Positions 16,909 through 25,411 of a DNA stretch of 32,000 nt are shown here, one piece after another. Position 1 is the first letter of the stretch; each line of letters opens with the position of its first letter. The stretch lies in assembly GCA_963931495.1 (NCBI GenBank), contig OZ007020.1, forward strand, positions 240,001 to 272,000. The letters are read 5' to 3'. Source of the DNA: an uncultured Alphaproteobacteria bacterium (GTDB taxonomy: Bacteria > Pseudomonadota > Alphaproteobacteria > Rs-D84). The notes under the pieces are model-generated. The model was not told where the DNA came from, did not search any database, and saw only the letters and a list, made by a program, of their open reading frames with translations. The position numbers and the translations under genes are program-made.

Positions 16909-17046
16909 TTATTCTTCTATTCCCACACTGTTGATATAGGTTCTGTTCACAGATTCCGGGCGCATCGGTTCAAAGTCCGGTGGTGATATGATTGTATCAC
17001 TGTCATCTTCGGGTAAAATCGTTATCGGGTTTTTGGGGAATCTGTG
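16909..17046 (-). pseudogene. fragment homologous to the last ~40 codons of the LpoA-like gene at 19055-20680
   Basis: My minus-strand translation gives HRFPKNPITILPEDDSDTIISPPDFEPMRPESVNRTYINSVGIEE*. The LpoA-like C-terminus is SEPILILPEDDRDLVITTPDFQPVNLETINRTYIDSIEITEY*. The frame is closed by a stop at 17047-17049 and has no plausible start. Confidence 0.75.
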
Positions 17047-17094
17047 TTACAATCGGCATTGTCAAAATGGCTGGTGTTCATTTTATGCAGGAAC

Positions 17095-17143
17095 AGATGA
17101 GAATCACACGTCCGACAATGACTAGATTTGACCGGCAACGCGC
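17095..17143 (+). repeat. repeat copy C: tail of x plus y
   Basis: agatgagaatcacacgtccgacaatgactagatttgaccggcaacgcgc against 14046-14094 agatgagaaccactggttcgacaatgagtagatttgaccggcaacgcgc, with 5 mismatches in 49. Confidence 0.85.
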
Positions 17144-17258
17144 ACAAGCCTTTAACCATCAAATTCTATATTTACATCAAAAATTACAAATTTAATTATA
17201 GTTTTCCTTGATTTTTTATAATTATTTTGGTATATAGGGAGTGTAACTATGAAAAAGT

Positions 17259-18398
17259 ATGATTAAAATGGGTGCTGGTATGAATAGTGGTGTACTTGTA
17301 AATACAGGTAAAGGTTATAGCGCATTTAAGCCAAGTAAGTTGGCCGATATTGAAAAAGAATTGAATATTTCTGAAATACAATTCTTGATTGAACGTGCTA
17401 ATTTATCGGTTGGTGAATTGCGTGCTATGCAGAAAATGTTGCCTAATCCCGCGCTGTTGATGGAAAGGTATGCGTTAAAGGAGTCTGTATTATCATCGCA
17501 AATAGAAGGGACCCAATCAACGTTGGTAGATGTTTTGGAAAAGGAAAATGACCCGTCGGATAATACAGATATCAGGGAAGTGAAAAATTATTTTAATGCG
17601 TTGAATTTTGGGGTTAATAATTTGCAGCGTGATGATGGGTTGCCACTATCTGGTCGTTTGTTGCGCGAATGTCATAGAATTTTAATGTCTGATGTGCGTG
17701 GTGGGGATAGACTAAAAACGCCTGGTGAATTCAGAACATCGCAAAATTGGATCGGGGGCAGTTGTCCAGCAAATGCCACATATGTTCCGCCTGTTGCAAG
17801 TGATATTGACGAATATATGTCAGATATAGAAAATTATATTCATCACGGCGTGCATCCGAATATGGTCAAAGCCGCTTTGGTGCATTATCAGTTTGAAACC
17901 TTGCATCCGTTTCAGGACGGTAATGGGCGCATCGGACGTTTGTTGATATTGTTGTTTATGATAGATAAGAAAATTTTGAATTCGCCGACTTTATATATCA
18001 GTTTGTATTTGAAAAAAATGCAAAACGAGTATTATGCATCTTTAACAAAAGTGCGTCACAGTGCAGACTTTATTCAATGGATAAAGTTTTTCTTGGATGG
18101 CGTTATCGCCGTTTCAGAGCAGACCATGGCAACAACAAAAAAGATAATAGAATTGGAAAATAAAGATAGAGCACGCCTGAAAACAGGCAGTTTAATAAGG
18201 GCTTTTGATGTTCTGATGAAAAAACCGGTTGTTTCTATCAAAGATATGCAAGAAGAACTGGGGGTTACAAATGCTACGGCGAATTCGTTGATAAAGAAAC
18301 TGGAAGCGGCGCAAATATTAGTTCAAAAAAACAATAAACAACGTTATCGTATCTATGCCTATAAAGACTATCTGGATATTATAGAATCGGGCTTATAA
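17259..18398 (+). CDS. Fic family protein (class II, N-terminal inhibitory motif) with a C-terminal winged-helix domain
   Basis: Fic active-site motif HPFQDGNGRIGR and inhibitory motif SSQIEGT ([S/T]xxxE[G/N]). C-terminal HTH-like region LGVTNATANSLIKKLEAAQILV. The start may be ATG 17268 (see findings). Confidence 0.92.
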   Translation: MIKMGAGMNSGVLVNTGKGYSAFKPSKLADIEKELNISEIQFLIERANLSVGELRAMQKMLPNPALLMERYALKESVLSSQIEGTQSTLVDVLEKENDPSDNTDIREVKNYFNALNFGVNNLQRDDGLPLSGRLLRECHRILMSDVRGGDRLKTPGEFRTSQNWIGGSCPANATYVPPVASDIDEYMSDIENYIHHGVHPNMVKAALVHYQFETLHPFQDGNGRIGRLLILLFMIDKKILNSPTLYISLYLKKMQNEYYASLTKVRHSADFIQWIKFFLDGVIAVSEQTMATTKKIIELENKDRARLKTGSLIRAFDVLMKKPVVSIKDMQEELGVTNATANSLIKKLEAAQILVQKNNKQRYRIYAYKDYLDIIESGL

Positions 18399-18430
18399 GA
18401 TTATAGTGCAAAAATTAAAATAGAGATACC

Positions 18431-18457
18431 CCCCGTCGGATGACGGGGTGTTTTATT
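18431..18457. terminator. bidirectional terminator between Fic and the 195-aa ORF
   Basis: Stem ccccgtc / gacgggg with loop ggat, followed by tgttttatt. Confidence 0.7.
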
Positions 18458-19040
18458 CATTTTGTTTCTTGTTGGCAATGTAATCAGCCAGCCGGTCAGA
18501 TGGAATTCCCATTGACTTTAATTTTGATATAGCACGGTCGTATTTATCTTTTGATTCTGATGTTATTGGGCCGTGGGTTGCAATATCACGCAGTTCTTTG
18601 TCGGATAAATATTTTGATAAAGTATCTGCAATCTGTGATTCTGTGTGGTCGCCGAACAATCGGTCTGCCTTGTTCAGCGCCGTGCCCCACACCGTTCCAA
18701 AATCATTATCGTTTTCGCCAAATGTTGCGTCCCCATGTGGGGTACGAACAACATAATGCCACCCAGTGCTGACATTATATTGTTTGCCATCACGGGTTGT
18801 TTGTTGTATCGGGTCATGACGTATGCGTTTTATTGTTATGTCTGGGCCAATGGACAGACTTTCTGCGTCCATGCGATTTTTTGACATACCGTTTCCCAAA
18901 CGGGCATCATTTCGTTCGGGTATACGTGGGGTTTTGGAATTTGGCTGTTCTGGCATCAGTGTGTCTATGCGTACTGTTTGACCTTTATCCAATAACGCCA
19001 TTACGACATCTTTCAAAATAGATTGTTCTTTGGGTGACAT
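18453..19040 (-). CDS. hypothetical protein, 195 aa, downstream of the LpoA-like gene
   Basis: Strong SD aaggag 8 nt before the ATG. Lies 14 nt after the LpoA-like stop. G+C is host-like (about 55% on one sampled line). No recognisable motif and no signal peptide. Confidence 0.65.
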   Translation of the reverse strand: MSPKEQSILKDVVMALLDKGQTVRIDTLMPEQPNSKTPRIPERNDARLGNGMSKNRMDAESLSIGPDITIKRIRHDPIQQTTRDGKQYNVSTGWHYVVRTPHGDATFGENDNDFGTVWGTALNKADRLFGDHTESQIADTLSKYLSDKELRDIATHGPITSESKDKYDRAISKLKSMGIPSDRLADYIANKKQNE

Positions 19041-19054
19041 ATTAATGCTCCTTT

Positions 19055-20680
19055 TTAGTATTCGGTGATTTCTATGCTGTCAATATATGTGCGATTTATT
19101 GTTTCCAGGTTGACCGGTTGGAAATCTGGTGTGGTGATGACCAGGTCCCGATCATCTTCGGGCAGTATTAATATTGGTTCAGATTGTTGCATGGGCGTTG
19201 GGGCGATTGTTATATGTGCGCCATATGTGTCCGATTTATATTTGTCATGCAAACGTGGTGGAATATTGATGTATTCGTTCGGATTTATCCCCGGTGTTTC
19301 CAGTTCCATTTCATCCGCAGGTGATATCTTGCGTTGTTCAATATTATACACAGGGGTTATAAAATCAGTTGGTGCATTGCGCAGTGTTTTTACACTGCCA
19401 TCGCCGGTCAATTGTACTATGCGTAATGCACGTTCATTTTCACCGGTTGGCTTTAACCGGAACAGGCCATCAACCCCGACATAACCACTGGGGTCCAACA
19501 GGTATGCCGCATCAGATTTCTGGGAGTATATCATGCCGATTGCCATGTTGGCGGCATCATACCCAAATCCAGCCAAGCGGTTCGGAAATTCGCCCGACAT
19601 GTTATTATATAAATTCGCAAATTCTGGGGATGTTTCGGGTAATGCGGCATATTTTGCGCCAATCATCGTAATATCACGGGTGATGTCGGAACCGTCCCAT
19701 AATGCCGTACCGTAAAATCGTGCATCGCGGGCACTGACACCATAGTAGCGTAAAAATGATGCCAGTGTTTCTGTATCATCGCCATCGCCAAGAAACAGTA
19801 CTGCATCATATGGCAATTTACCCAATGTGTCCGTCTTGGACAGTTTTTCCAGTTGTAATGTCAGTGATGATTTTTCAATCGCGGTTAAACGTTCTTGGGT
19901 TAATATATCTGATAAAATTTCGCGGGCACGCGTATTTGCCGCCACGCGGGCAGTATTCATAGATGCCGCCGCGGTGGCTGTCTTGATTGATTCAGAATCT
20001 TTTTCGGCATAGAAAAATATCCCAGTTACAGGTATATCATATATCTTGGCCGCGTATTGTGCCGTCCCGGCCATCAGGTGACCCGATGTTGTATCGGGTG
20101 CCAGCATAATCATGCCGGTTATTCCATCTGATGCCATTTGTTTTACAATTGCTTCGGTACTGTTGGTTGGCATTAATGCCATTGTCATCACGCCGTCGCC
20201 AAGCGCAGTTGCATCAGATGTAAATGATAACACAGGCATTGATTCTGGTTTGCTGTCGCGCATTGTTCGCGCATCGGCCGCAAATATTGGTCCAATTACG
20301 ATTTCGGGGTTGTCACTGATAACCGCATCAATTGAATCATTGATGTTATTCGCCGTATCGTAAAACGCAACAGATAAATTCTGGGGCGCGTTTTCCAGTA
20401 CCGCCATTTCAATTGATGTTTGAATCGCGCGACCGGTTTGTGCATTGTCACCAGTTAATGGTAACATAACCGCCATTCTGTGTGTTGGGGCGCCGATAAA
20501 GTTATCAGATGGGGCGCCAACCGTGCTATCCAGTGTGCCATACAGCATGTTTGTTGGGGTCCCTGTGTCCATTGTGCCATATTCTGCATACCAATCTGTT
20601 TTGGTGGACTGGGCGCATCCAGCAATAAATAATACAGCCAAAAATCCGAATATTTTTCTTATATGCATTGAAAAATCCAT
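19055..20680 (-). CDS. LpoA-like penicillin-binding-protein activator lipoprotein (type I periplasmic-binding fold) with a C-terminal extension
   Basis: Lipobox at MDFSMHIRKIFGFLAVLFIAGC. The body resembles the Leu/Ile/Val-binding fold of the LpoA C-domain. It is divergent from rsmI, as lpoA/rsmI are in E. coli. The start is trimmed to ATG 20680 (or 20668), because the track's 20854 start overlaps rsmI. Confidence 0.7.
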   Translation of the reverse strand: MDFSMHIRKIFGFLAVLFIAGCAQSTKTDWYAEYGTMDTGTPTNMLYGTLDSTVGAPSDNFIGAPTHRMAVMLPLTGDNAQTGRAIQTSIEMAVLENAPQNLSVAFYDTANNINDSIDAVISDNPEIVIGPIFAADARTMRDSKPESMPVLSFTSDATALGDGVMTMALMPTNSTEAIVKQMASDGITGMIMLAPDTTSGHLMAGTAQYAAKIYDIPVTGIFFYAEKDSESIKTATAAASMNTARVAANTRAREILSDILTQERLTAIEKSSLTLQLEKLSKTDTLGKLPYDAVLFLGDGDDTETLASFLRYYGVSARDARFYGTALWDGSDITRDITMIGAKYAALPETSPEFANLYNNMSGEFPNRLAGFGYDAANMAIGMIYSQKSDAAYLLDPSGYVGVDGLFRLKPTGENERALRIVQLTGDGSVKTLRNAPTDFITPVYNIEQRKISPADEMELETPGINPNEYINIPPRLHDKYKSDTYGAHITIAPTPMQQSEPILILPEDDRDLVITTPDFQPVNLETINRTYIDSIEITEY

Positions 20681-20716
20681 TTTATCTTGTATTATTCTAC
20701 TATAAAAGGAAAACGA

Positions 20717-21517
20717 ATGCAATCTGGGCTTTATATAGTTGGTACGCCAATTGGAAATCTGTCTGATATGTCGCCATGCGCAATTGATGTGTTGCGCAAT
20801 GTTGAACTGATTGCGGCCGAAGATACGCGCGTTTTTGCACGCTTGGCATCGCATTTTGATATAAAAGCACCGCGCGTTTCATGTCATGAACACAATGAAC
20901 GTGATGTTGTGCCCGAATTAATTGAAAAGTTGCATGCCGGCGCAAAAATCGCGGCTGTGTCAGATGCCGGTATGCCGGGTATCAGTGATCCGGGATTTCG
21001 CTTAGTACGTGCCGCACGGGCAGAACATATTCCAGTGTATGTTATTCCGGGCCCAGTGGCGGCGATTTCGGGATTGGTGCTGTCTGGATTTCCAACAGAC
21101 AGGTTTACGTTCTGTGGCTTTTTTGATGAAAAAAAGTTACATGATGATAATAAAATCCGTCATACAATTATTTATTACGAGAGTCCAAATCGCATCATGG
21201 CGACAATCGCGGCGTTGGCACGTGTTATGCCAGAACGACAAATTGCAATCGTTCGCGAAATTACTAAAATTCATGAAGAAACAATTATTGGATATCCCGC
21301 AGATTTAATGCATATACAGCCGCCACGTGGTGAAATTGTAATTGTTGTTGCACCAGCGCCAGAACGTAAAATATCAGATGCAGAAATATCAGAAATTGTA
21401 AATGATGTTGTGGCGTCTTCAACAAAATCAGCCGCGGAAACATTGGCGCGTCGTGCCGGAATTTCAAAAAAGGAAGCGTATCGGCGCATGCTGGACAAAG
21501 GGGGGACAAATGATTAA
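20717..21517 (+). CDS. rsmI: 16S rRNA (cytidine1402-2'-O)-methyltransferase RsmI
   Basis: MQSGLYIVGTPIGNLSDMS..AEDTR, and SDAGMPGISDPG. SD aagga precedes ATG 20717. Confidence 0.9.
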   Translation: MQSGLYIVGTPIGNLSDMSPCAIDVLRNVELIAAEDTRVFARLASHFDIKAPRVSCHEHNERDVVPELIEKLHAGAKIAAVSDAGMPGISDPGFRLVRAARAEHIPVYVIPGPVAAISGLVLSGFPTDRFTFCGFFDEKKLHDDNKIRHTIIYYESPNRIMATIAALARVMPERQIAIVREITKIHEETIIGYPADLMHIQPPRGEIVIVVAPAPERKISDAEISEIVNDVVASSTKSAAETLARRAGISKKEAYRRMLDKGGTND

Positions 21518-22064
21518 ATTTGTCGGTGGTTTTGACAGTGTTGCCGGTTTGCCGAATACGCAATTTCCTGAATATGCCTTTGTTGGACGCAGTAATGTCG
21601 GCAAATCGTCATTAATAAATGCGGTATTGGGACAGAATGTTGCCCGGACGTCAAATACGCCGGGGCGCACCCAGACATTAAATTTATTTAATGTTGATGA
21701 TCGGGTAATGATTGTTGATTTGCCGGGTTATGGATATGCGCGTGTTTCGCGGGAAACGGCAATACAGTGGCTGGGGCGTCTGGAAGAATATTTGTTAACC
21801 CGGCGGCAATTGCGCCGTTTGTTCGTGTTGATTGATGCCCGCATTGGTCCACGTGATTCAGATGTTGAATTAATGGAATTCTGTGATGCGCATGGAATAT
21901 CGTACCAGGTGGTGTATACTAAAAAAGACAAGCGGGTGCGCGAACAGGCGCAACGCGAAATTAATCATGCGGCACATCCAGCAATGGTGGAACAAATATT
22001 GGAAACGTCTGCGGAAAAAAAGACTGGATTGGAACCAATAAGGGCGATAATTGGCATCAAATAA
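21510..22064 (+). CDS. engB: ribosome biogenesis GTPase EngB/YihA
   Basis: G1 motif GRSNVGKSSLIN, then TPGRTQ and DLPGYGYA, and TKKDK (G4). ATG 21510 overlaps the rsmI stop (atgattaa). Confidence 0.9.
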   Translation: MIKFVGGFDSVAGLPNTQFPEYAFVGRSNVGKSSLINAVLGQNVARTSNTPGRTQTLNLFNVDDRVMIVDLPGYGYARVSRETAIQWLGRLEEYLLTRRQLRRLFVLIDARIGPRDSDVELMEFCDAHGISYQVVYTKKDKRVREQAQREINHAAHPAMVEQILETSAEKKTGLEPIRAIIGIK

Positions 22065-24564
22065 CAATATATTTTATGCGACAAATCCGGCACGTATATC
22101 AGATGCGTTGTGGCGTGTGATGTCTGATTCTGGGGTTGCGTTGGCGGATATGCTGATTTTTTTACCCAGTCGGCGCGCAGTGCGGGGATTTGAAAAATTT
22201 CTGGTGCAACAGCATGGTCACAGTATAATTTTGCCGCGGCTGGTTGCGCTGGGCGAAGGTACCGGCGATGAAGATGGGCAAGATGCAGAAAATCCAGATG
22301 CCGTGTCTGATACAATGCGTATTGTGACCGCGGCGCATTTGCTGGCGGCGGACGGGTCAATCGGAAATATTGTGACGGCGTTGCCAATTGCGCGGGATTT
22401 AATCCGTGTCCAGGATTATCTGGAAAATGAAGGCATTGATGCCACAAAAATAGATTGGGCCGGATTAGTTGATGAAAAATATGCGGCACATTTTCAGCGC
22501 AAGGCAAAATTATTCGCAATACTGTCAGATGTGCAAAATGCCATAAATGACAATCGTATGACCCAGGTCCAGGTGCGTAATCGTGATATACGTGCATGGA
22601 TTGATAAATTACACGAATATAAATTGGTGATTGTTTGTGCGTCCACTGCCAGTGTGCCGGCCACTGCGGATTTAATGGCACATGTTGCAGATATTCCACA
22701 TGGGCGAATTATACTGTCGGGGCATATTCGGGGCGTGCCAGATGATTTCTTGTTAAACACAAATCCGTACTGTTCAGAATATAAATTTTTAACCCGTATT
22801 GGTGTGCGTCCAGATGAAGTTTTGCCCATTGATGTTGGGCCCAGTGCCATTGAATTTATGAACTATGCGTTCAGTAATCAATTTGATGTATATGGCGATG
22901 GGGCCGATATACAGCATTGTCACAGGATTGATTGTGCCCGTGAAAGCGAAGAAGCCATCGTTGTTGCAGAAATCACAGCGCGCGCAGTGGCAAAAAATAA
23001 AACGGTGCTGGTTATAACGCCTGATGCGGCGGGAAACCAGCGTATTGGTGCGGCATTGGCGTCGCGTGGTGTGGTGGCGGATTTTTCTGGGGGCATATCT
23101 GGGGCCATGACGCGGCCGGGGCGGGCAATATTAAATGCATTTGATGATTGGATTGATTGTGGCAATACATCTGGGTTTGATAAACTCTATACAGAATCTG
23201 GGCATGATTTATCAGAAATGATTATTCGTATGGTTGATGATAAATTGGTTGATTTTTCGCCCAGTTTTGATGTTTCTGATGCAGAAAGTCTGGCGGTGTT
23301 TGGCGCAATCAAAAAAATGTCAGATTGTTTGAATTCGCGTAAAATATGTTTGAATTTATCTGATGCGCGTGCGTTTGTGGCCGATGCGATTTCAGGCGTG
23401 ACAATTCGTGGCGAAATGTCTGATGATGTAAGTGTTGCCGTATTGGGAACCATAGAGTCACGTATGCAGACCGCAGATGTTGTTATATTGACTGGATTAA
23501 ACGAAGGTATGTTCCCGGCGCGTGGATATGAAAATGCATGGTTGCCACGTGATTTGTCCGAACAAATTGGTTTGCCGTCACCAGACAGGAAAGTATCTTT
23601 ACAGGCGCTGGATTTTATGAATTTGTCGTGCGGCAGTGACGTTTATTGGACGCGCAGTCGTGTGTCAGGTGGCACCCAGACAACAGAATCCAGATTTTTA
23701 TCGCGTGTCACGGTTCGTGGGGGACAATATGACACAAATTATGAATCAGAAATTTTATCTGTGGTGCGTGATGCCGATGATGTTCCCATGCAGCCGTTGG
23801 ATTATTCGGCGCCTTGTCCGCCCCCAGATTGGTCCGATGTTTATGTGACAGAACTGGAAAAATTAATACATAATCCATATGTGTTCTATGTACAGCATAT
23901 ATTGCGTTTGCGCGTTTTGGATGATTATTGGATTGGGCCAGATGCGCGTGTGTTTGGAAATTTAGTTCATGATGCAATAAAAGATATGCGTGATTATAAT
24001 CCGGAAAATTTAGTTGCCCAGTTAGATGCACGTGCCACGCAAATTCTGGGGCCCGACAGCGTATTGTTTCATTTTTGGCACAAGCGTTTTGTTGAAATGG
24101 CACCGGTGGTTGTAAGCACGTTTTCAAAACTGGAAAACAGCGCATCAGAAATCGGTGGCATGGTCAATATTGATGGACGTACAATTCGGGCGCGTGCGGA
24201 TTGCGTGTGGGATGGTGGGGTTTTAGACATAAAAACAGGTACACCACCAACAAAAAAACAATTACATGACGGCACAATGCCACAGTTGCCATTGGAAGCA
24301 TATATGTTACAGTCTGGCGGGTTCCCAATACGTACAACAGAAAAATCCCGCGCCCCAGAAATGGTGTTTTTACAACTGAAAAATAACGATGTATGTACCG
24401 TGATATATGATGCGGCCCAGACACAAGAAATGATTAATGCGGCGGTTGAAAAGACAAAACATTTGATTGATATGTATTCTGTTGGTGGGGCCGCGTACGA
24501 ATACTTGGAAACAGGCGACAGAAAATATAAATTATGTGATGATTTGGCGCGCTGTGACGATTAA
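22051..24564 (+). CDS. addB: AddB-like double-strand break repair protein (alphaproteobacterial type, C-terminal PD-(D/E)XK nuclease)
   Basis: 837 aa. C-terminal nuclease motifs RADCVWDGGVLDIKTG and QLPLEAYM, and an inactivated-helicase-like body. The start is uncertain: TTG 22051 overlaps engB by 14 nt. Confidence 0.75.
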   Translation: MASNNNIFYATNPARISDALWRVMSDSGVALADMLIFLPSRRAVRGFEKFLVQQHGHSIILPRLVALGEGTGDEDGQDAENPDAVSDTMRIVTAAHLLAADGSIGNIVTALPIARDLIRVQDYLENEGIDATKIDWAGLVDEKYAAHFQRKAKLFAILSDVQNAINDNRMTQVQVRNRDIRAWIDKLHEYKLVIVCASTASVPATADLMAHVADIPHGRIILSGHIRGVPDDFLLNTNPYCSEYKFLTRIGVRPDEVLPIDVGPSAIEFMNYAFSNQFDVYGDGADIQHCHRIDCARESEEAIVVAEITARAVAKNKTVLVITPDAAGNQRIGAALASRGVVADFSGGISGAMTRPGRAILNAFDDWIDCGNTSGFDKLYTESGHDLSEMIIRMVDDKLVDFSPSFDVSDAESLAVFGAIKKMSDCLNSRKICLNLSDARAFVADAISGVTIRGEMSDDVSVAVLGTIESRMQTADVVILTGLNEGMFPARGYENAWLPRDLSEQIGLPSPDRKVSLQALDFMNLSCGSDVYWTRSRVSGGTQTTESRFLSRVTVRGGQYDTNYESEILSVVRDADDVPMQPLDYSAPCPPPDWSDVYVTELEKLIHNPYVFYVQHILRLRVLDDYWIGPDARVFGNLVHDAIKDMRDYNPENLVAQLDARATQILGPDSVLFHFWHKRFVEMAPVVVSTFSKLENSASEIGGMVNIDGRTIRARADCVWDGGVLDIKTGTPPTKKQLHDGTMPQLPLEAYMLQSGGFPIRTTEKSRAPEMVFLQLKNNDVCTVIYDAAQTQEMINAAVEKTKHLIDMYSVGGAAYEYLETGDRKYKLCDDLARCDD

Positions 24565-24571
24565 ATAAAAT

Positions 24572-25342
24572 TTAATCAATTTTTACCATCAATCCACAGT
24601 GATCGGTTGGTTTGGGGGCCAATCGTGGGGCGGTATCTATTTCGCATGTGCGGATGTGTTTCATTGCAGTGGTATTCGCAAGAAAATAATCTAAACGCAG
24701 GCCCTGGTTTTTGCCAACAGTGTCGCCACCACGGTATCCATACCATGTGTATCCAATGTCATCGGGGTGCATTTTGCGCCATACGTCGGTCCATCCGGAA
24801 TTCAACCAAGATTGCATTATTTCACGCGCCGCCGGCGCCGCAATTGCAATTCCAACATAATTTGCCGGTTTCCATACGTCAATATCGGCCAGTGCAACAT
24901 TAAAATCACCACCAATTATAACCTGTTCAGGGGAATTGGCATATTGTGCAATATATTCTGTGAATGCGCGCATCCATTCCAATTTATACGGGAACTTTGG
25001 TGATTCAATCGTATCACCGTTGGGCATGTATACGTTTATTACGCGTATACGGCCATCAATAACGCATTCAATGAATCGTGCATTTGCGTCGGGATAATTC
25101 GGCATGCCGGTTACGACATCTTCCAGTGAATATTTTGAAAATATTGCAACACCGTTCCAAGATTTTTGACCAAAAACCTTGATATTATATCCGTATTCGT
25201 CAAACAAGTTGTACGGAAATCCGGCGTTTTCAACCTTTAATTCTTGGACCAATATTGTGTCATATTCGCCACCGCGCAGCAAATCAATAAAACTTTCGGC
25301 GTGGGCACGTATAGAGTTTATGTTCAGTGTAAGTATTTTCAT
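24572..25342 (-). CDS. xthA: exodeoxyribonuclease III
   Basis: MKILTLNINSIRAH, VQELK, GDFN and the C-terminal SDHCGL-like TDHCGL. The start is trimmed to ATG 25342. Confidence 0.92.
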   Translation of the reverse strand: MKILTLNINSIRAHAESFIDLLRGGEYDTILVQELKVENAGFPYNLFDEYGYNIKVFGQKSWNGVAIFSKYSLEDVVTGMPNYPDANARFIECVIDGRIRVINVYMPNGDTIESPKFPYKLEWMRAFTEYIAQYANSPEQVIIGGDFNVALADIDVWKPANYVGIAIAAPAAREIMQSWLNSGWTDVWRKMHPDDIGYTWYGYRGGDTVGKNQGLRLDYFLANTTAMKHIRTCEIDTAPRLAPKPTDHCGLMVKID

Positions 25343-25411
25343 GTTTGCAATCTTTTCCTTGGTGGATATAATAAAGGTTGTCCAATATAAAAACAACAAG
25401 GATTTTTTATT

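Noticed and set aside
16992-17195. 67-aa plus-strand ORF in the methyltransferase-Fic spacer
   Set aside because: It has no RBS, is partly antisense to the lpoA-like fragment, and runs through repeat copy C.
20681-20854. N-terminal extensions offered by the ORF track: the LpoA-like ORF from 20854, rsmI from 20687, engB from 21402, xthA from 25399, the phosphatase from 15705 and the methyltransferase from 16258
   Set aside because: The extensions overlap neighbouring genes or divergent partners and precede the conserved N-termini or lipobox. Internal ATGs with better RBS context were chosen instead.
21965-22699. 244-aa minus-strand ORF, plus many other 60-150-aa antisense ORFs within uvrB, addB, lolC/E, mnmE and other genes
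   Set aside because: They are shadow ORFs opposite strongly supported genes, with proline/histidine-rich nonsense-like translations.
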